Below, in pieces: positions 1 to 8,673 of a DNA stretch of 46,339 nucleotides (within the stretch, counting starts at the first letter, position 1; the number at the start of each line of letters is the position of its first letter). Where the stretch lies: the IMG/VR virus record IMGVR_UViG_3300036786_000120, positions 1 through 46,339 of that record. One strand, given 5' to 3'. The notes below the pieces were generated by a model. It was not told the origin of the DNA. It searched no databases and saw only the letters and a program-made list of their open reading frames with translations. Made by a program: the position numbers and the translations under genes. The DNA is from a virus (taxonomy: Duplodnaviria > Caudoviricetes).

Positions 1-924
1 GCCGGTTTCATTCCCGAAATCTGGCTGGCCACCGCGCTCGGTAAGCTGCGCTCCTACCTCACCGCCTGCCGCACCGTCACCCGGGACACCGAGTACAACG
101 GACAGGGCGCGGAGGCGTTCCAGGTGGGCCAGACGCTCCATCTGCCGAAGCGCGGCACGCTCTCCGTCAACGATAAGGCGGAAGGCAGCAACTATACGGT
201 CCAGAACCCGACCGCGACGAAGATCGATCTCACCCTGGACCACCACAAGGAAGTGACGTTCGGGATCGAAAGCCGCGCGCTCTCCTTCGTCAACCAGGAC
301 GTGATCGGCGGCTACGTCGAGGACGCGGTGATCGCCATCGCGGAGCAGATCGACACCGACCTCCTCGGCTACCTGGGCGGCCTCTCCACGAATGCGGCCG
401 TCGTCGGCGGCGCCGCGCTAACCGAGGCCAACATCCTCTCCGCCCGGAAGGTGCTCGTGGACCAGAAGGTCTCGGCGCTGCAGCAGAAGTTCGGCGTGGT
501 GGCCACCAGCCAGACCAACGCGCTGCTGCAGATCGACCGGCTCGTGCGTTACGACGCCCTGGGCGTGTCCAACGACATCGCGAACGCGATGGTCGGCAGC
601 GGCGTCCGGACGATGGAAGCCTCGATCGGCAAGGTGCACGGATTCGAGCTGTGCGAGTCGCAGTTGCTGGTCCTGGCGACCACCTACAAGAACTGCTTCT
701 ACTCCAAGGACGCCATCCTCTTCGCGATGCGCCCGCTGGAGATCCCCGATCCGAAGTACGGCGTCTACGCGACGACGATGACGGACCCGGAGAGCGGACT
801 CACCATGCGGCTGCTGCACGGCTACAACATCTCCGCCGGCGCCCACCAGATCACGCTGGACGTGCTGTACGGCTTCGTGGCCCAGCGGCCGGAGCACGTG
901 CAGGTGGTCACCACCACGGCCTAA
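1..924 (+). CDS. Major capsid protein (5'-truncated; HK97 fold, P22-coat-like)
   Basis: Frame open from base 1 (AGFIPEIWLATALGKLR...), a typical capsid N-terminal motif; C-terminal 'ITLDVLYGF' motif; follows scaffold in circular gene order. Confidence 0.85.
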   Translation, partial: AGFIPEIWLATALGKLRSYLTACRTVTRDTEYNGQGAEAFQVGQTLHLPKRGTLSVNDKAEGSNYTVQNPTATKIDLTLDHHKEVTFGIESRALSFVNQDVIGGYVEDAVIAIAEQIDTDLLGYLGGLSTNAAVVGGAALTEANILSARKVLVDQKVSALQQKFGVVATSQTNALLQIDRLVRYDALGVSNDIANAMVGSGVRTMEASIGKVHGFELCESQLLVLATTYKNCFYSKDAILFAMRPLEIPDPKYGVYATTMTDPESGLTMRLLHGYNISAGAHQITLDVLYGFVAQRPEHVQVVTTTA

Positions 925-955
925 GGGCCCGACCCAGGCCAATCACCGCGGACGG

Positions 956-1042
956 CCGCCGGGAGAGCAAAACCTTTCCACAGCCTCTACAGGGCGTACG
1001 CCTTGCCCGTACGGGTGGAAAGGTTTTGGCCTCTCCCGGCGG
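956..1042. repeat. Long hairpin containing palindromic element copy 1 (968-1028, CAAAACCTTTCCAC...GTGGAAAGGTTTTG)
   Basis: 14-bp inverted ends extended by CCGCCGGGAGAG/CTCTCCCGGCGG; lies just after the capsid stop. Confidence 0.9.
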
Positions 1043-1088
1043 TGGGTCTCACTTCCCCCTCCCGCTCTCGCCTGCCCTCGACCCAACC

Positions 1089-1298
1089 ATGAGCGCTCCC
1101 AACGAGCAAGATCCAGCCGCGGCCGCGGCGCAGCCCTCCCCGGAGTTCGTCGTCACTGGCGCTGCCTCGGTGCACGCCGCCAGCGTCGATTACCCGCAGG
1201 GCGCGCGCTTTCCGGCAGCCTCCCTCACCCCGGAACTGGCGGAGCATTACGTCGCGGAGGGGTATATCGCCGTCGCCTTTCCCGCATTGCAGCGCTAG
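1089..1298 (+). CDS. Small hypothetical virion-associated protein (69 aa)
   Basis: ATG 1089 (MSAPNEQ...), typical position after capsid. Confidence 0.55.
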   Translation: MSAPNEQDPAAAAAQPSPEFVVTGAASVHAASVDYPQGARFPAASLTPELAEHYVAEGYIAVAFPALQR

Positions 1299-1340
1299 TC
1301 TCCCGCTCGCCTCTCCCGATCCAGGAACGCGACTCCCAAC

Positions 1341-1892
1341 ATGGACCCCGCCGCGCTTCTCAACGAAATCCAGCATGGACCGCGAGCGGCTGACCTGGCG
1401 ACGCTGGTGGCGGCCGGCCGGGACAATGCCGTCGCCGACCTGCTGAACACGGTCCGCGAGGACGTGTCGGTCACGCTGCCGGTGACGCGCGCCGACGCGA
1501 AGGGCTACCTGATCCAGGTGGGCCGGTACCGCCGGCTGGCGCAGCCGCTGGCGGGGGAGCTCAGCTTCCTCCAGGCGATTCCGGCGCCGGACCCGTTGCC
1601 GGAACCCTGGATCCCGCCCTACGACCTCATCGTGGTGGCGAGTCAGCTCCTGTTGGACCCAGACTTCGCGGACAAGGACCTGGTCAGCGACCGGAACGCC
1701 GCCCTCTGGCAGGCGCTCTCCCAGGTGCCCTTCGGCGACCGAGGCGATACCTATCTGCGCACTGACGACGTGAGCGCGATCCTCGCTCTCGGCCAGCGCT
1801 TCGGCTCCCGAGCCGAAGCGCTGGGCGGCGCCGGCGCGGCCGTCTCGGCCGACGACGTGAGCCGGGCGCTACTGGGGGTGCCCCGTGGCTAA
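1341..1892 (+). CDS. Hypothetical protein (head accessory cluster)
   Basis: ORF with phage-like codon usage, overlapping next gene. Confidence 0.7.
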   Translation: MDPAALLNEIQHGPRAADLATLVAAGRDNAVADLLNTVREDVSVTLPVTRADAKGYLIQVGRYRRLAQPLAGELSFLQAIPAPDPLPEPWIPPYDLIVVASQLLLDPDFADKDLVSDRNAALWQALSQVPFGDRGDTYLRTDDVSAILALGQRFGSRAEALGGAGAAVSADDVSRALLGVPRG

Positions 1893-2343
1893 CGAGATTC
1901 GCTACAAGGAAGACGCTCCGGTAACTGCGACAATCACGCTGGCCAGCCTCGCGAATGGCTCGGCGCGCCAGTGCACGGCGATCGCCAACGCCAGTAAGCG
2001 GCCCACGGCGCGGGTCTCCGGCAAGATCACGACGGGCACGAGTCCGACGGCCGGCACCCTGATCTCCTTCTACCGGATCAGGACGAACGGCACCTACCGC
2101 CAGGACGGCGCCGGCGCCGCGGATGCCGCGATCACCATCGCGAACGCCGAGCTGGTGGAGACGCTGGTGGTGGACGCCACCAGCAATAAGGAGTACGACT
2201 TCTCCTTCGTGGTGGGGGATTGGGGCGACCCGCTTTCGAGCGAATTCCTGGTCGCCGTCTCCAACGGCACCGGCGTCGCACTGCACGCCACCACGGGAAA
2301 CCATGCGATGGTGGTGGAGTTCGGCTTGCCCGAGGTGCAGTGA
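1885..2343 (+). CDS. Putative beta-rich structural/decoration protein
   Basis: Thr/Ala-rich 152 aa; overlaps both neighbours. Confidence 0.65.
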   Translation: MANEIRYKEDAPVTATITLASLANGSARQCTAIANASKRPTARVSGKITTGTSPTAGTLISFYRIRTNGTYRQDGAGAADAAITIANAELVETLVVDATSNKEYDFSFVVGDWGDPLSSEFLVAVSNGTGVALHATTGNHAMVVEFGLPEVQ

Positions 2344-3320
2344 TGCGGCGGACGAAGCCGCGGATCTGCAAGCTGGACCGCGGGCATTTGCTGGCGCGGG
2401 GTCTCACGCTGGACGTGCCGCTCGACGAGCGGGGCGGAGCGAGGGCGCGGGATCTCATCAACCGGAGCGCGACCGCGTTCACGACGGCCGCGAACGCGCC
2501 GGTGTGGGGCGTCGGGCGCTACGGGCCGCTGCTGGTCCTGCCGACGACCTCGGCGCAGGTGAGTGGTTACCCGACGGGCGCCCGACTTCTGCCGACGACG
2601 GCGGGCACGCTGCTCACCCGGATCCGGCCGACCGGGAGCGCGCCCGTGGTGGCAAACGTCTTCCTGGGCGCGCATTTCGCGGGAGACGGTCCCAACCAGT
2701 TCTGGGGGCTCTACCAGGCGAATATCAGCTCGGTGGACGCGCTCTGGGCGTATGTCTGGACTGGCGGCGAACGCAGGGTCTCTGTCGCCTACACCTCCGG
2801 CGCCTGGATGGACCTCGCCTGGGTGTTCGGCGGCGGCAGTCTCGCTCTGTATGCAAACGGCGTCCTGGCCGGCACGGCCGCCGCACCCGGCGCGATCAAC
2901 TCGCTGGCGAGCGCGTTTCGCCTCGGCAATGCCGGAGGCGGCGCGACCGGCGACCTCGCCTACGCTCGCGTATACAACCGCGCGCTGCCGGCCTGGGCGG
3001 TCAGGCTGGCGGCCGCAGATCCCTGGCTCCTCTACCGCCGGGTCCGCTACCGCGACCTGCTGGTCACGGCCGCCGCGCATACCTTCCTGGCAGCGCTGCA
3101 CGAGACGATCTCGCTGACCGACACCCGATCGGCAAGCGTGACCAAAGCGCTGTTGGAGAGCTTGGCGCTGACGGACGCGCGCTCGTTTGCGGTGGTCAAG
3201 GCCCTCGTGGAGACGTTGGACGTTTCGGATGACGCCGTCGCCCGGCTGCTGAAAGCGCTGCGGCTCACAGATCGCAGCGCCTCCGGTGACGGGGGCACGC
3301 GCGGAGGGGGAATCGCTTGA
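2343..3320 (+). CDS. LamG/concanavalin-A-like domain structural protein
   Basis: Start in TGATG overlap; motifs 'W.DLAWVF..GSLALYANGV' and 'GDLAYARVYNRAL' typical of LamG-like jellyrolls. Confidence 0.7.
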   Translation: MRRTKPRICKLDRGHLLARGLTLDVPLDERGGARARDLINRSATAFTTAANAPVWGVGRYGPLLVLPTTSAQVSGYPTGARLLPTTAGTLLTRIRPTGSAPVVANVFLGAHFAGDGPNQFWGLYQANISSVDALWAYVWTGGERRVSVAYTSGAWMDLAWVFGGGSLALYANGVLAGTAAAPGAINSLASAFRLGNAGGGATGDLAYARVYNRALPAWAVRLAAADPWLLYRRVRYRDLLVTAAAHTFLAALHETISLTDTRSASVTKALLESLALTDARSFAVVKALVETLDVSDDAVARLLKALRLTDRSASGDGGTRGGGIA

Positions 3321-3838
3321 TGAAAGCGGCAATCACGCCCGGCGTGCTGGAGCAGCTCCTCGCGCAGCTCGAGTCCGTGCAGCGGCAGCTTCGGGACGCC
3401 TCACAGGCGGAGGTAATCCGCTTGAGGGCGAATGCCCACTTCTGGATCCACGGTCCGGACGGCGAGCTGAAGGACGAGTGGCAGATCCACAACCTGGTGG
3501 TAACCGCCGGCAGGAGGGTGTTCCTCGCCAGCGGAGGCACTGCGAAGTACCTCAAAGACTTTGCGTGGTGCGCGATCGGGACCGGGGCGGCGGCGGCGGC
3601 GCTGGGTGACACCACGCTCGGCGCCGAGGTGGCGCGGGTGGCGGCCACGGTCAGCAACCCGGACAGCGATACGCTGCGGGTCAGCGGGGCGTTCGGCGCC
3701 GGCGTCGGGACCGGTGCGATCACTGAATCCGGTCTGTTCAACGCCAGCAGCTCCGGCACCATGCTGAACCGGCTGGTCTTCAGCGCCTACAACAAGGGCG
3801 CGCTGGACAGCCTGACCTCGCAGATCGACCTCACCTGA
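3317..3838 (+). CDS. Putative structural protein (tail-collar/fibre-like)
   Basis: 'NLVVTAG', 'AIGTG', 'DTTLGAEV', 'AITESGLFNASSSGTMLNR' pattern common in phage structural proteins. Confidence 0.65.
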   Translation: MMKAAITPGVLEQLLAQLESVQRQLRDASQAEVIRLRANAHFWIHGPDGELKDEWQIHNLVVTAGRRVFLASGGTAKYLKDFAWCAIGTGAAAAALGDTTLGAEVARVAATVSNPDSDTLRVSGAFGAGVGTGAITESGLFNASSSGTMLNRLVFSAYNKGALDSLTSQIDLT

Positions 3839-4923
3839 TGGCGGACGCTTACGAATCGGTGCGGCAGGGCGAGGCGCGGCCGTTCTACGGCTCGGTCACG
3901 GCGTCCAGCGGAACCGTCACGACGCAAGGGACGCCCACGGCGACCCTGTACGACGGCGCGGGCGCCGCGGCGGCGGGCTTCGACGGAGTCGACTGCACCG
4001 GCTGGGAGCTGGGGCCGGCCGCCTCCGTGCGAGCCTGGCTGGTGGTGGCGACGGCGGGCCTGGCGCCGGGCATCTATGCACTGGTCTTCTCGATCGTCGT
4101 TCTGGGTGACGACGGGATCGAGCGGACCGAGCTGCCCGCGGTCCAAATAACCGTTGCGACCCCGACGGGGAGCGCGGGCGATTACTCGGCCTGGCCGACG
4201 CCGGCGGACGTGCTGCAGCGGCTGAGCAACGCCGGCATCACGCTCCGCGGGGACGCGGATGCAAACTACGTCCAGAGAGCGCTGGATGACGTCACGGACG
4301 AGGCAGGCCGGGAGGCCGGCCGGCAGTTCGTGGCGGACGCCTCCGATACCACGCGGCTTTACGACGGCCGGGGTCTACCGGAGATCGAGGTCGACGACCT
4401 GGTCTCCCTCACCTCCGTCAGTCTCTCCGGGCTCGGCGCCGACGGGACGACGCTCCCAAACGCGACGCTGGTGTTCGAGCAGGGGAAGCCGCGGAATCGC
4501 CTCGTGCTCGACGCGGGCGCGCTCCCTTCCACGTCGCTCGCCGGCGGCGGCTTCTACCCCGGCGGTCCGCTCGCGGACGGCGTGGGCGCTGGGGTCTGGG
4601 GCGCGCTGTCCGCACTCCCGCGGGTGTTCCCGGCGGGGCGGCAGAACGTCAGCGTCACCGGCCGCTTCGGCTACGCGGCGACGGTCCCCGTAGACCTGTG
4701 GCGCGCCGTGTGCGGCGAGGCGGCCGCGCGGCTGGCGGCGGAAGCGGTAACCAGCGGTCAGGGACGCATCGTGCAGATTCGGGACGGCGGCCTGCAGATC
4801 CACCGGCAGTTCGGCGCGCCGGGCGACGACGCCGGCTGGACGAAGCCTTACAGCGCAGCCCTGAAGCGTTATCGGAAGCGCGCCCGGCAGCGGACCTGGC
4901 AGCTCCGCCGGCAGATGAGTTAA
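3838..4923 (+). CDS. Head-tail adaptor with N-terminal Ig-like extension
   Basis: C-terminal part has 'GRQF..TRLYDG', 'NVSVTGRFGY..VP.DL' adaptor pattern; synteny. Confidence 0.65.
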   Translation: MADAYESVRQGEARPFYGSVTASSGTVTTQGTPTATLYDGAGAAAAGFDGVDCTGWELGPAASVRAWLVVATAGLAPGIYALVFSIVVLGDDGIERTELPAVQITVATPTGSAGDYSAWPTPADVLQRLSNAGITLRGDADANYVQRALDDVTDEAGREAGRQFVADASDTTRLYDGRGLPEIEVDDLVSLTSVSLSGLGADGTTLPNATLVFEQGKPRNRLVLDAGALPSTSLAGGGFYPGGPLADGVGAGVWGALSALPRVFPAGRQNVSVTGRFGYAATVPVDLWRAVCGEAAARLAAEAVTSGQGRIVQIRDGGLQIHRQFGAPGDDAGWTKPYSAALKRYRKRARQRTWQLRRQMS

Positions 4924-4925
4924 CG

Positions 4926-4946
4926 GTCCAAGTCCAAGGTCCAAAG
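4926..4946 (+). repeat. Degenerate GTCCA(A/C)N tandem array
   Basis: GGTCCAAGTCCAAGGTCCAAA directly after stop 4923. Confidence 0.6.
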
Positions 4947-4954
4947 AGGCGCGG

Positions 4955-5320
4955 ATGCTATCTGCCGATGAGCTGGCAGCGATTCGGGGCAGCATCCTGA
5001 CGGAGCTGCTCACCGATACGGTGGAGCTGCTGCAGGACACCAGCGGCCGCGGCGCCGGCGGCGGGAAGCAGGTGACCGGGAGCACGGTGACCGCGACCTG
5101 CGCGGGCCGGGTGCTGGCGATGGTCACGCCGCCGCAGGAGGCCCCGCAGGGCGGAGAGACGGCCGCGCTCGAGTATTTCCAGATCCGCCTGCCGTCCGAC
5201 GCGGCCGTGCTACCGAGCCAGCGCCTGCGCGTCGGTGCGGTGGTTTACGAGGTGATCGGCGCGGCGCCCGGGCGGACGGACGCCTTCTCGCAGCTCGTCA
5301 ACGTCTTCCGCGTTCAGTAG
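4955..5320 (+). CDS. Head-closure (SPP1 gp16-like) protein
   Basis: 121 aa, 'QRLRVGAVVYEVIG' pattern, synteny. Confidence 0.7.
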   Translation: MLSADELAAIRGSILTELLTDTVELLQDTSGRGAGGGKQVTGSTVTATCAGRVLAMVTPPQEAPQGGETAALEYFQIRLPSDAAVLPSQRLRVGAVVYEVIGAAPGRTDAFSQLVNVFRVQ

Positions 5321-5364
5321 CAGTCCGCAGTCCAAAGTCCACAGTCCGCAGTCCACAGTCCACA
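5321..5364 (+). repeat. (GTCCACA)-type heptamer array, ~6 units
   Basis: CAGTCCG CAGTCCA AAGTCCA CAGTCCG CAGTCCA CAGTCCA. Confidence 0.9.
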
Positions 5365-5375
5365 GGGAGCAGTTC

Positions 5376-5672
5376 ATGGAGCCGATCGAGGTTGAGTTGG
5401 GGCAGAACGTGGTGCTGTGCGAGGGCGAGGCCACGCGGCTGGCGGCCGTGACGCACGTTTACGACGACGAAAAGGGCCACGTGGACGTCCGCTACCACGA
5501 CGCCGCGTACGTCGATGCGGTCGCCGAGGGCGAGGCGCCCGGCGAGCCGCGGGCGGACCACGTGAACGTCTCCGCGGTGCCGCACGTCTCGCACGTGGAG
5601 CCGGGCGCGCGCTGCTGGCACGGCGCGCCGCTCGCCGCAGTCGCACCTACGGGCGCCTGCGGGGGCGCGTGA
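5376..5672 (+). CDS. Hypothetical protein
   Basis: GGAG RBS, ATG; stop overlaps next GTG. Confidence 0.65.
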   Translation: MEPIEVELGQNVVLCEGEATRLAAVTHVYDDEKGHVDVRYHDAAYVDAVAEGEAPGEPRADHVNVSAVPHVSHVEPGARCWHGAPLAAVAPTGACGGA

Positions 5673-6082
5673 CGCCGCAGTTTCAGTTCACAACGTCCGT
5701 GGGCGAGCTGCGCGGCCGCGGCCGGCGTCTGCGCCAGCGCTTGAGGACGGTGGTCGAGGAGACCGCGGAGAGCATCCTGGAGCGCACGCGCGAGGAGATG
5801 CGCGGGCCGAAGTCCGGGCGGTGGTATGGCGCTCACCAGGCTTCCGCGCCCGGCGAGGCCCCGGCGATCGACACGGAGGACCTGCTAAAGAGCGGGCACG
5901 TGGAGCCGGCCCCGGAGGGCGATCTCGCCGCGGACGTCGTGTTCGACGATCCGGCCGCCGCGCCGATGGAGTATGGGGCGCCGGCAGCGCACATCGAGCC
6001 GCGGCCGTTCCTCCAGCCCGCAATGATGGCGGAGCTGGAGCCGATGCGGGAGCGGCTCGCGCAGGCGCTCAACGGGGAATAG
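5669..6082 (+). CDS. HK97 gp10-like tail completion protein
   Basis: 'HQASAPGEAPAIDT', 'MEYG', 'IEPRPFLQPA' motifs. Confidence 0.8.
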   Translation: MTPQFQFTTSVGELRGRGRRLRQRLRTVVEETAESILERTREEMRGPKSGRWYGAHQASAPGEAPAIDTEDLLKSGHVEPAPEGDLAADVVFDDPAAAPMEYGAPAAHIEPRPFLQPAMMAELEPMRERLAQALNGE

Positions 6083-6112
6083 TCCACAGTCCACGGTCCA
6101 CAGTCCACGGTC
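6081..6112 (+). repeat. (GTCCACA) heptamer array, ~4.5 units
   Basis: Begins within TAG stop of gp10-like gene. Confidence 0.9.
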
Positions 6113-6148
6113 CGGCTGGGGGTCTGGGAACCTCGAACGGAGTGAGGC

Positions 6149-6607
6149 ATGGCGGGGAGTGCGGATACCGAGGCGGTCTCCCGCTTCATCTTCGGCCGGC
6201 TATCGGCCGCGGCGGCGGTGACCGCGGTGGTGGGCGCCGGCAGCTCCGCGCGGATCTATCCGGACAAGGCGCCGCAGGGCACCGACCGGCCATTCCTGCT
6301 GTTCGGCTTCCAGCGCGGTCGGTCCGGGCGCGTCGCGGGCGGTCGGGCGCGGGCGCTCTCCGACGAGTACCTGCAGATCGGCGCCACGGTGGACGGCGAG
6401 GACTACGAGGCGGCGGAAACGCTGATGCAGGCGGTGGACGCCAGCCTCACCGCGGACGACGCCGAGGGCGTGATCGCGGTGGGCGGCGTGAGCCATTACG
6501 TCTCCGTGGTGGGCCAGGAGCGGGACTTCCGGATGCCGGAGACGGTGAAGGGTCAGGAGTTCCGGACCTCGGGCAAGGTCTACCGCATCCAGGTTTTCGA
6601 CAGATAG
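6149..6607 (+). CDS. Tail terminator protein
   Basis: 'RIYPDKAPQGTDRPF' motif; precedes major tail gene. Confidence 0.7.
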   Translation: MAGSADTEAVSRFIFGRLSAAAAVTAVVGAGSSARIYPDKAPQGTDRPFLLFGFQRGRSGRVAGGRARALSDEYLQIGATVDGEDYEAAETLMQAVDASLTADDAEGVIAVGGVSHYVSVVGQERDFRMPETVKGQEFRTSGKVYRIQVFDR

Positions 6608-6718
6608 TCACAGTCCACAGTCCACAGTCCACAAGTCCACAACGAGCTTCGAGGGGCGGCGCTACAAGAGCAGCGCCGCCTTTTCTGCCGTGGACTTGTG
6701 GACCGTGGACTGTGGACT
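6606..6718. repeat. Inverted pair of GTCCACA arrays enclosing an intrinsic-terminator-like hairpin
   Basis: Direct array 6606-6640, inverted array ~6689-6718; inner GGCGGCGCT/AGCGCCGCC stem followed by TTTT. Confidence 0.85.
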
Positions 6719-6734
6719 CCGAACGGAGTGAGGC

Positions 6735-7709
6735 ATGAGCAGAGAGTCGGCAGTCTTTCAAAAGGTCCACGTCGCCGTGGAGACGGCGCCGGGGACCGAG
6801 GGGTCGAGCTACAAGATCCTGGCGCTGCTGGACGGCTACGGCCGCAACCGGAACAGCGGGAAGCGCTATCGCGGCGCCGGCATGCGGGACCAGGTGAACG
6901 TGGTCCAGGGCAAGGAGTTCGCGGAGTGGCCGCTGGAAGGGCCGGCGTCGTTCAACGACATCGTCTACCCGCTGGCCGCGCACTTCAAGAACCCGACCGT
7001 CGCCAGCGGCACCTTCACCTTTGCCCCAGGCACCGCCGCTCCGGACACGCTGAAGACCATCTCGCTGATCGGCGGGGCGGTGAGCAACGGCAAGAAGGGC
7101 CTCTACGGCTTCTGCCGGGACTTCCAGCTCCGCGCGACCCTGGACGAGATCACGCTCTCTGCGGCGATGATCAGCCGGAAGATGGCCACCGGCACCGCGT
7201 TCCCGAGCGCAACCCGCCTCCTGCCCTTCCAGATGCAGCCGCACAAGTGGCAGGTGAGCGTCGGCACGATGATGGACGCGAGCGACCTGGTGGCGCTGGG
7301 CGCGAGCGACGGCGCGCTCTCCTACGAGTTCAGCAGCCGCGGCCGCCAGAAGAACCAGAACTTCGCGGACGGGACGACCGACTTCGCGGACATCACCAGC
7401 CTGCCGAGCGACCAGCAGATCCAGCTGGTGATGGAGGACAACTCGACCGCAGCCGGCTACCTCGCGGACCTCCGAGCCGCGACGCAGCGGCTGATCCGCT
7501 GGGTGTGCACCGGCCCGGTCATCGGCGCCGGACCGGGCACCTATAAGGCGCAGATCACCTGCCCGTTCAAGTTCGTGGAAGAGGACAACGGCTCCACGGA
7601 CGACCTGGCGAGCGGGACCTTCAACATCGCGCCGCAGTACGACCCGGCCTTCCTGACGACCGGCGGGGCGCTGGAGATCGTCGTCGTCAACGAACTGGCC
7701 GGCCTTTAA
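6735..7709 (+). CDS. Major tail tube protein
   Basis: 324 aa, 'VAVETAPGT' N-terminal motif, synteny before chaperone and tape measure. Confidence 0.75.
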   Translation: MSRESAVFQKVHVAVETAPGTEGSSYKILALLDGYGRNRNSGKRYRGAGMRDQVNVVQGKEFAEWPLEGPASFNDIVYPLAAHFKNPTVASGTFTFAPGTAAPDTLKTISLIGGAVSNGKKGLYGFCRDFQLRATLDEITLSAAMISRKMATGTAFPSATRLLPFQMQPHKWQVSVGTMMDASDLVALGASDGALSYEFSSRGRQKNQNFADGTTDFADITSLPSDQQIQLVMEDNSTAAGYLADLRAATQRLIRWVCTGPVIGAGPGTYKAQITCPFKFVEEDNGSTDDLASGTFNIAPQYDPAFLTTGGALEIVVVNELAGL

Positions 7710-7711
7710 GG

Positions 7712-7741
7712 CGGTCCACAGTCCGCAGTCCGCAGTCCACA
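7712..7741 (+). repeat. (GTCCACA) heptamer array, 4 units
   Basis: GGTCCACAGTCCGCAGTCCGCAGTCCACA after stop 7709. Confidence 0.85.
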
Positions 7742-7856
7742 AGGGGAGAGGCGTTCCGGAAGTGGAGAGGGGAGCGGCGAGAGAGGGGAGAGTCCGGACC
7801 TACTCTCTCCTCTCGCCGCTCCCCTATCTCCTACCGGAACGCCTCTCCCCTCTTTT
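7742..7856 (+). terminator. ~110-nt GA/CT-rich hairpin followed by CTTTT
   Basis: Perfect 18-bp outer stem (7742-7759/7834-7851) and 16-bp inner stem (7768-7783/7810-7825). Confidence 0.6.
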
Positions 7857-7873
7857 CGTGCAGGAGACACGCT

Positions 7874-8209
7874 TTGAAAGTCGCTGCTCTTCTCGGCGAT
7901 CGCGCCGAGCTGACGGTCCCCTTCCCCGGCGGGGACCTCGATCTCGTCTACCGGCCGAGCGTCTTGCTGCCGGGCTACACGGAGCGGGAAGAACTCTCGG
8001 TGACGCAGGCGCTCTGTGACCTGGTGGCGGAGTGGCCGCTGGAAGGCCGCGAGGGCGCTGCGGTGCCGCTGACGCCGGAAGGGATCAACGCCGAGGTGCC
8101 GGAGGAGATGCAGACGGCGATCTACGTGGCCATCTTGAGGGACCGCCGCCCAAACCTGCTGAAGACGCTGACCTCCACGAAGAGCTCCGGCAGCTCCGAG
8201 TCAGCGTAG
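7874..8209 (+). CDS. Tail assembly chaperone (gpG-like)
   Basis: TTG start with AGGAG RBS; between tail tube and tape measure. Confidence 0.75.
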   Translation: MKVAALLGDRAELTVPFPGGDLDLVYRPSVLLPGYTEREELSVTQALCDLVAEWPLEGREGAAVPLTPEGINAEVPEEMQTAIYVAILRDRRPNLLKTLTSTKSSGSSESA

Positions 8210-8397
8210 GCAGCGGCGGGAAGCGCGGACAGCAGCCGGTGCTGTTCCGGCTGGCGAAGGCCGCGGAGTTCTGGCGCTGCAGCGCGTTCGAGCTGCTCTC
8301 GCGGCCGGAGGCCTGGACGGACCTGGGCGTGCTCTACGCCAACGCTGAGGCCGCGGGGCTGGAAGAGGCGGCGAGGCGCAAGCGGTTCTTTGAGTAG
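8149..8397 (+). CDS. -1 frameshift extension of tail chaperone (gpGT-like); slippery site CCCAAAC at 8149-8155
   Basis: C CCA AAC fits X XXY YYZ in the chaperone frame; -1 frame open to 8397. Confidence 0.7.
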   Translation, partial: PKPAEDADLHEELRQLRVSVGSGGKRGQQPVLFRLAKAAEFWRCSAFELLSRPEAWTDLGVLYANAEAAGLEEAARRKRFFE

Positions 8398-8409
8398 TTC
8401 CCCGCGGCT

Positions 8410-8673
8410 CTATCCGCTAAAGGTGCGGTTATAGAGCGTCCTGTACTCCTGCATCGCCCAGATCCCGCCGACCTGCGCCGCGAGTGCGACGATCGCCAGC
8501 ACGAGCCCGGTGATGACCTTGCCGCGCTGATCGCGTTCTCCCGCATCCCCGCGCAGCAGCGCGACTCCCAGGCAGATCGCCGCTACCGCAGCGAGAATCC
8601 CCAGGCCAGGAATCCACGCGGCGATCCCAAGCCCTACGACCCACCGCGCACCTGCTCCAGAGTTGTCGGTCAT
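8410..8673 (-). CDS. Small membrane protein (87 aa), antisense moron
   Basis: GGAGG RBS, ATG 8673, two or three hydrophobic helices. Confidence 0.65.
   Translation of the reverse strand: MTDNSGAGARWVVGLGIAAWIPGLGILAAVAAICLGVALLRGDAGERDQRGKVITGLVLAIVALAAQVGGIWAMQEYRTLYNRTFSG

Noticed and set aside
5321-7741. CRISPR array
   Set aside because: Repeats are 7-bp tandem units without unique spacers; no cas genes
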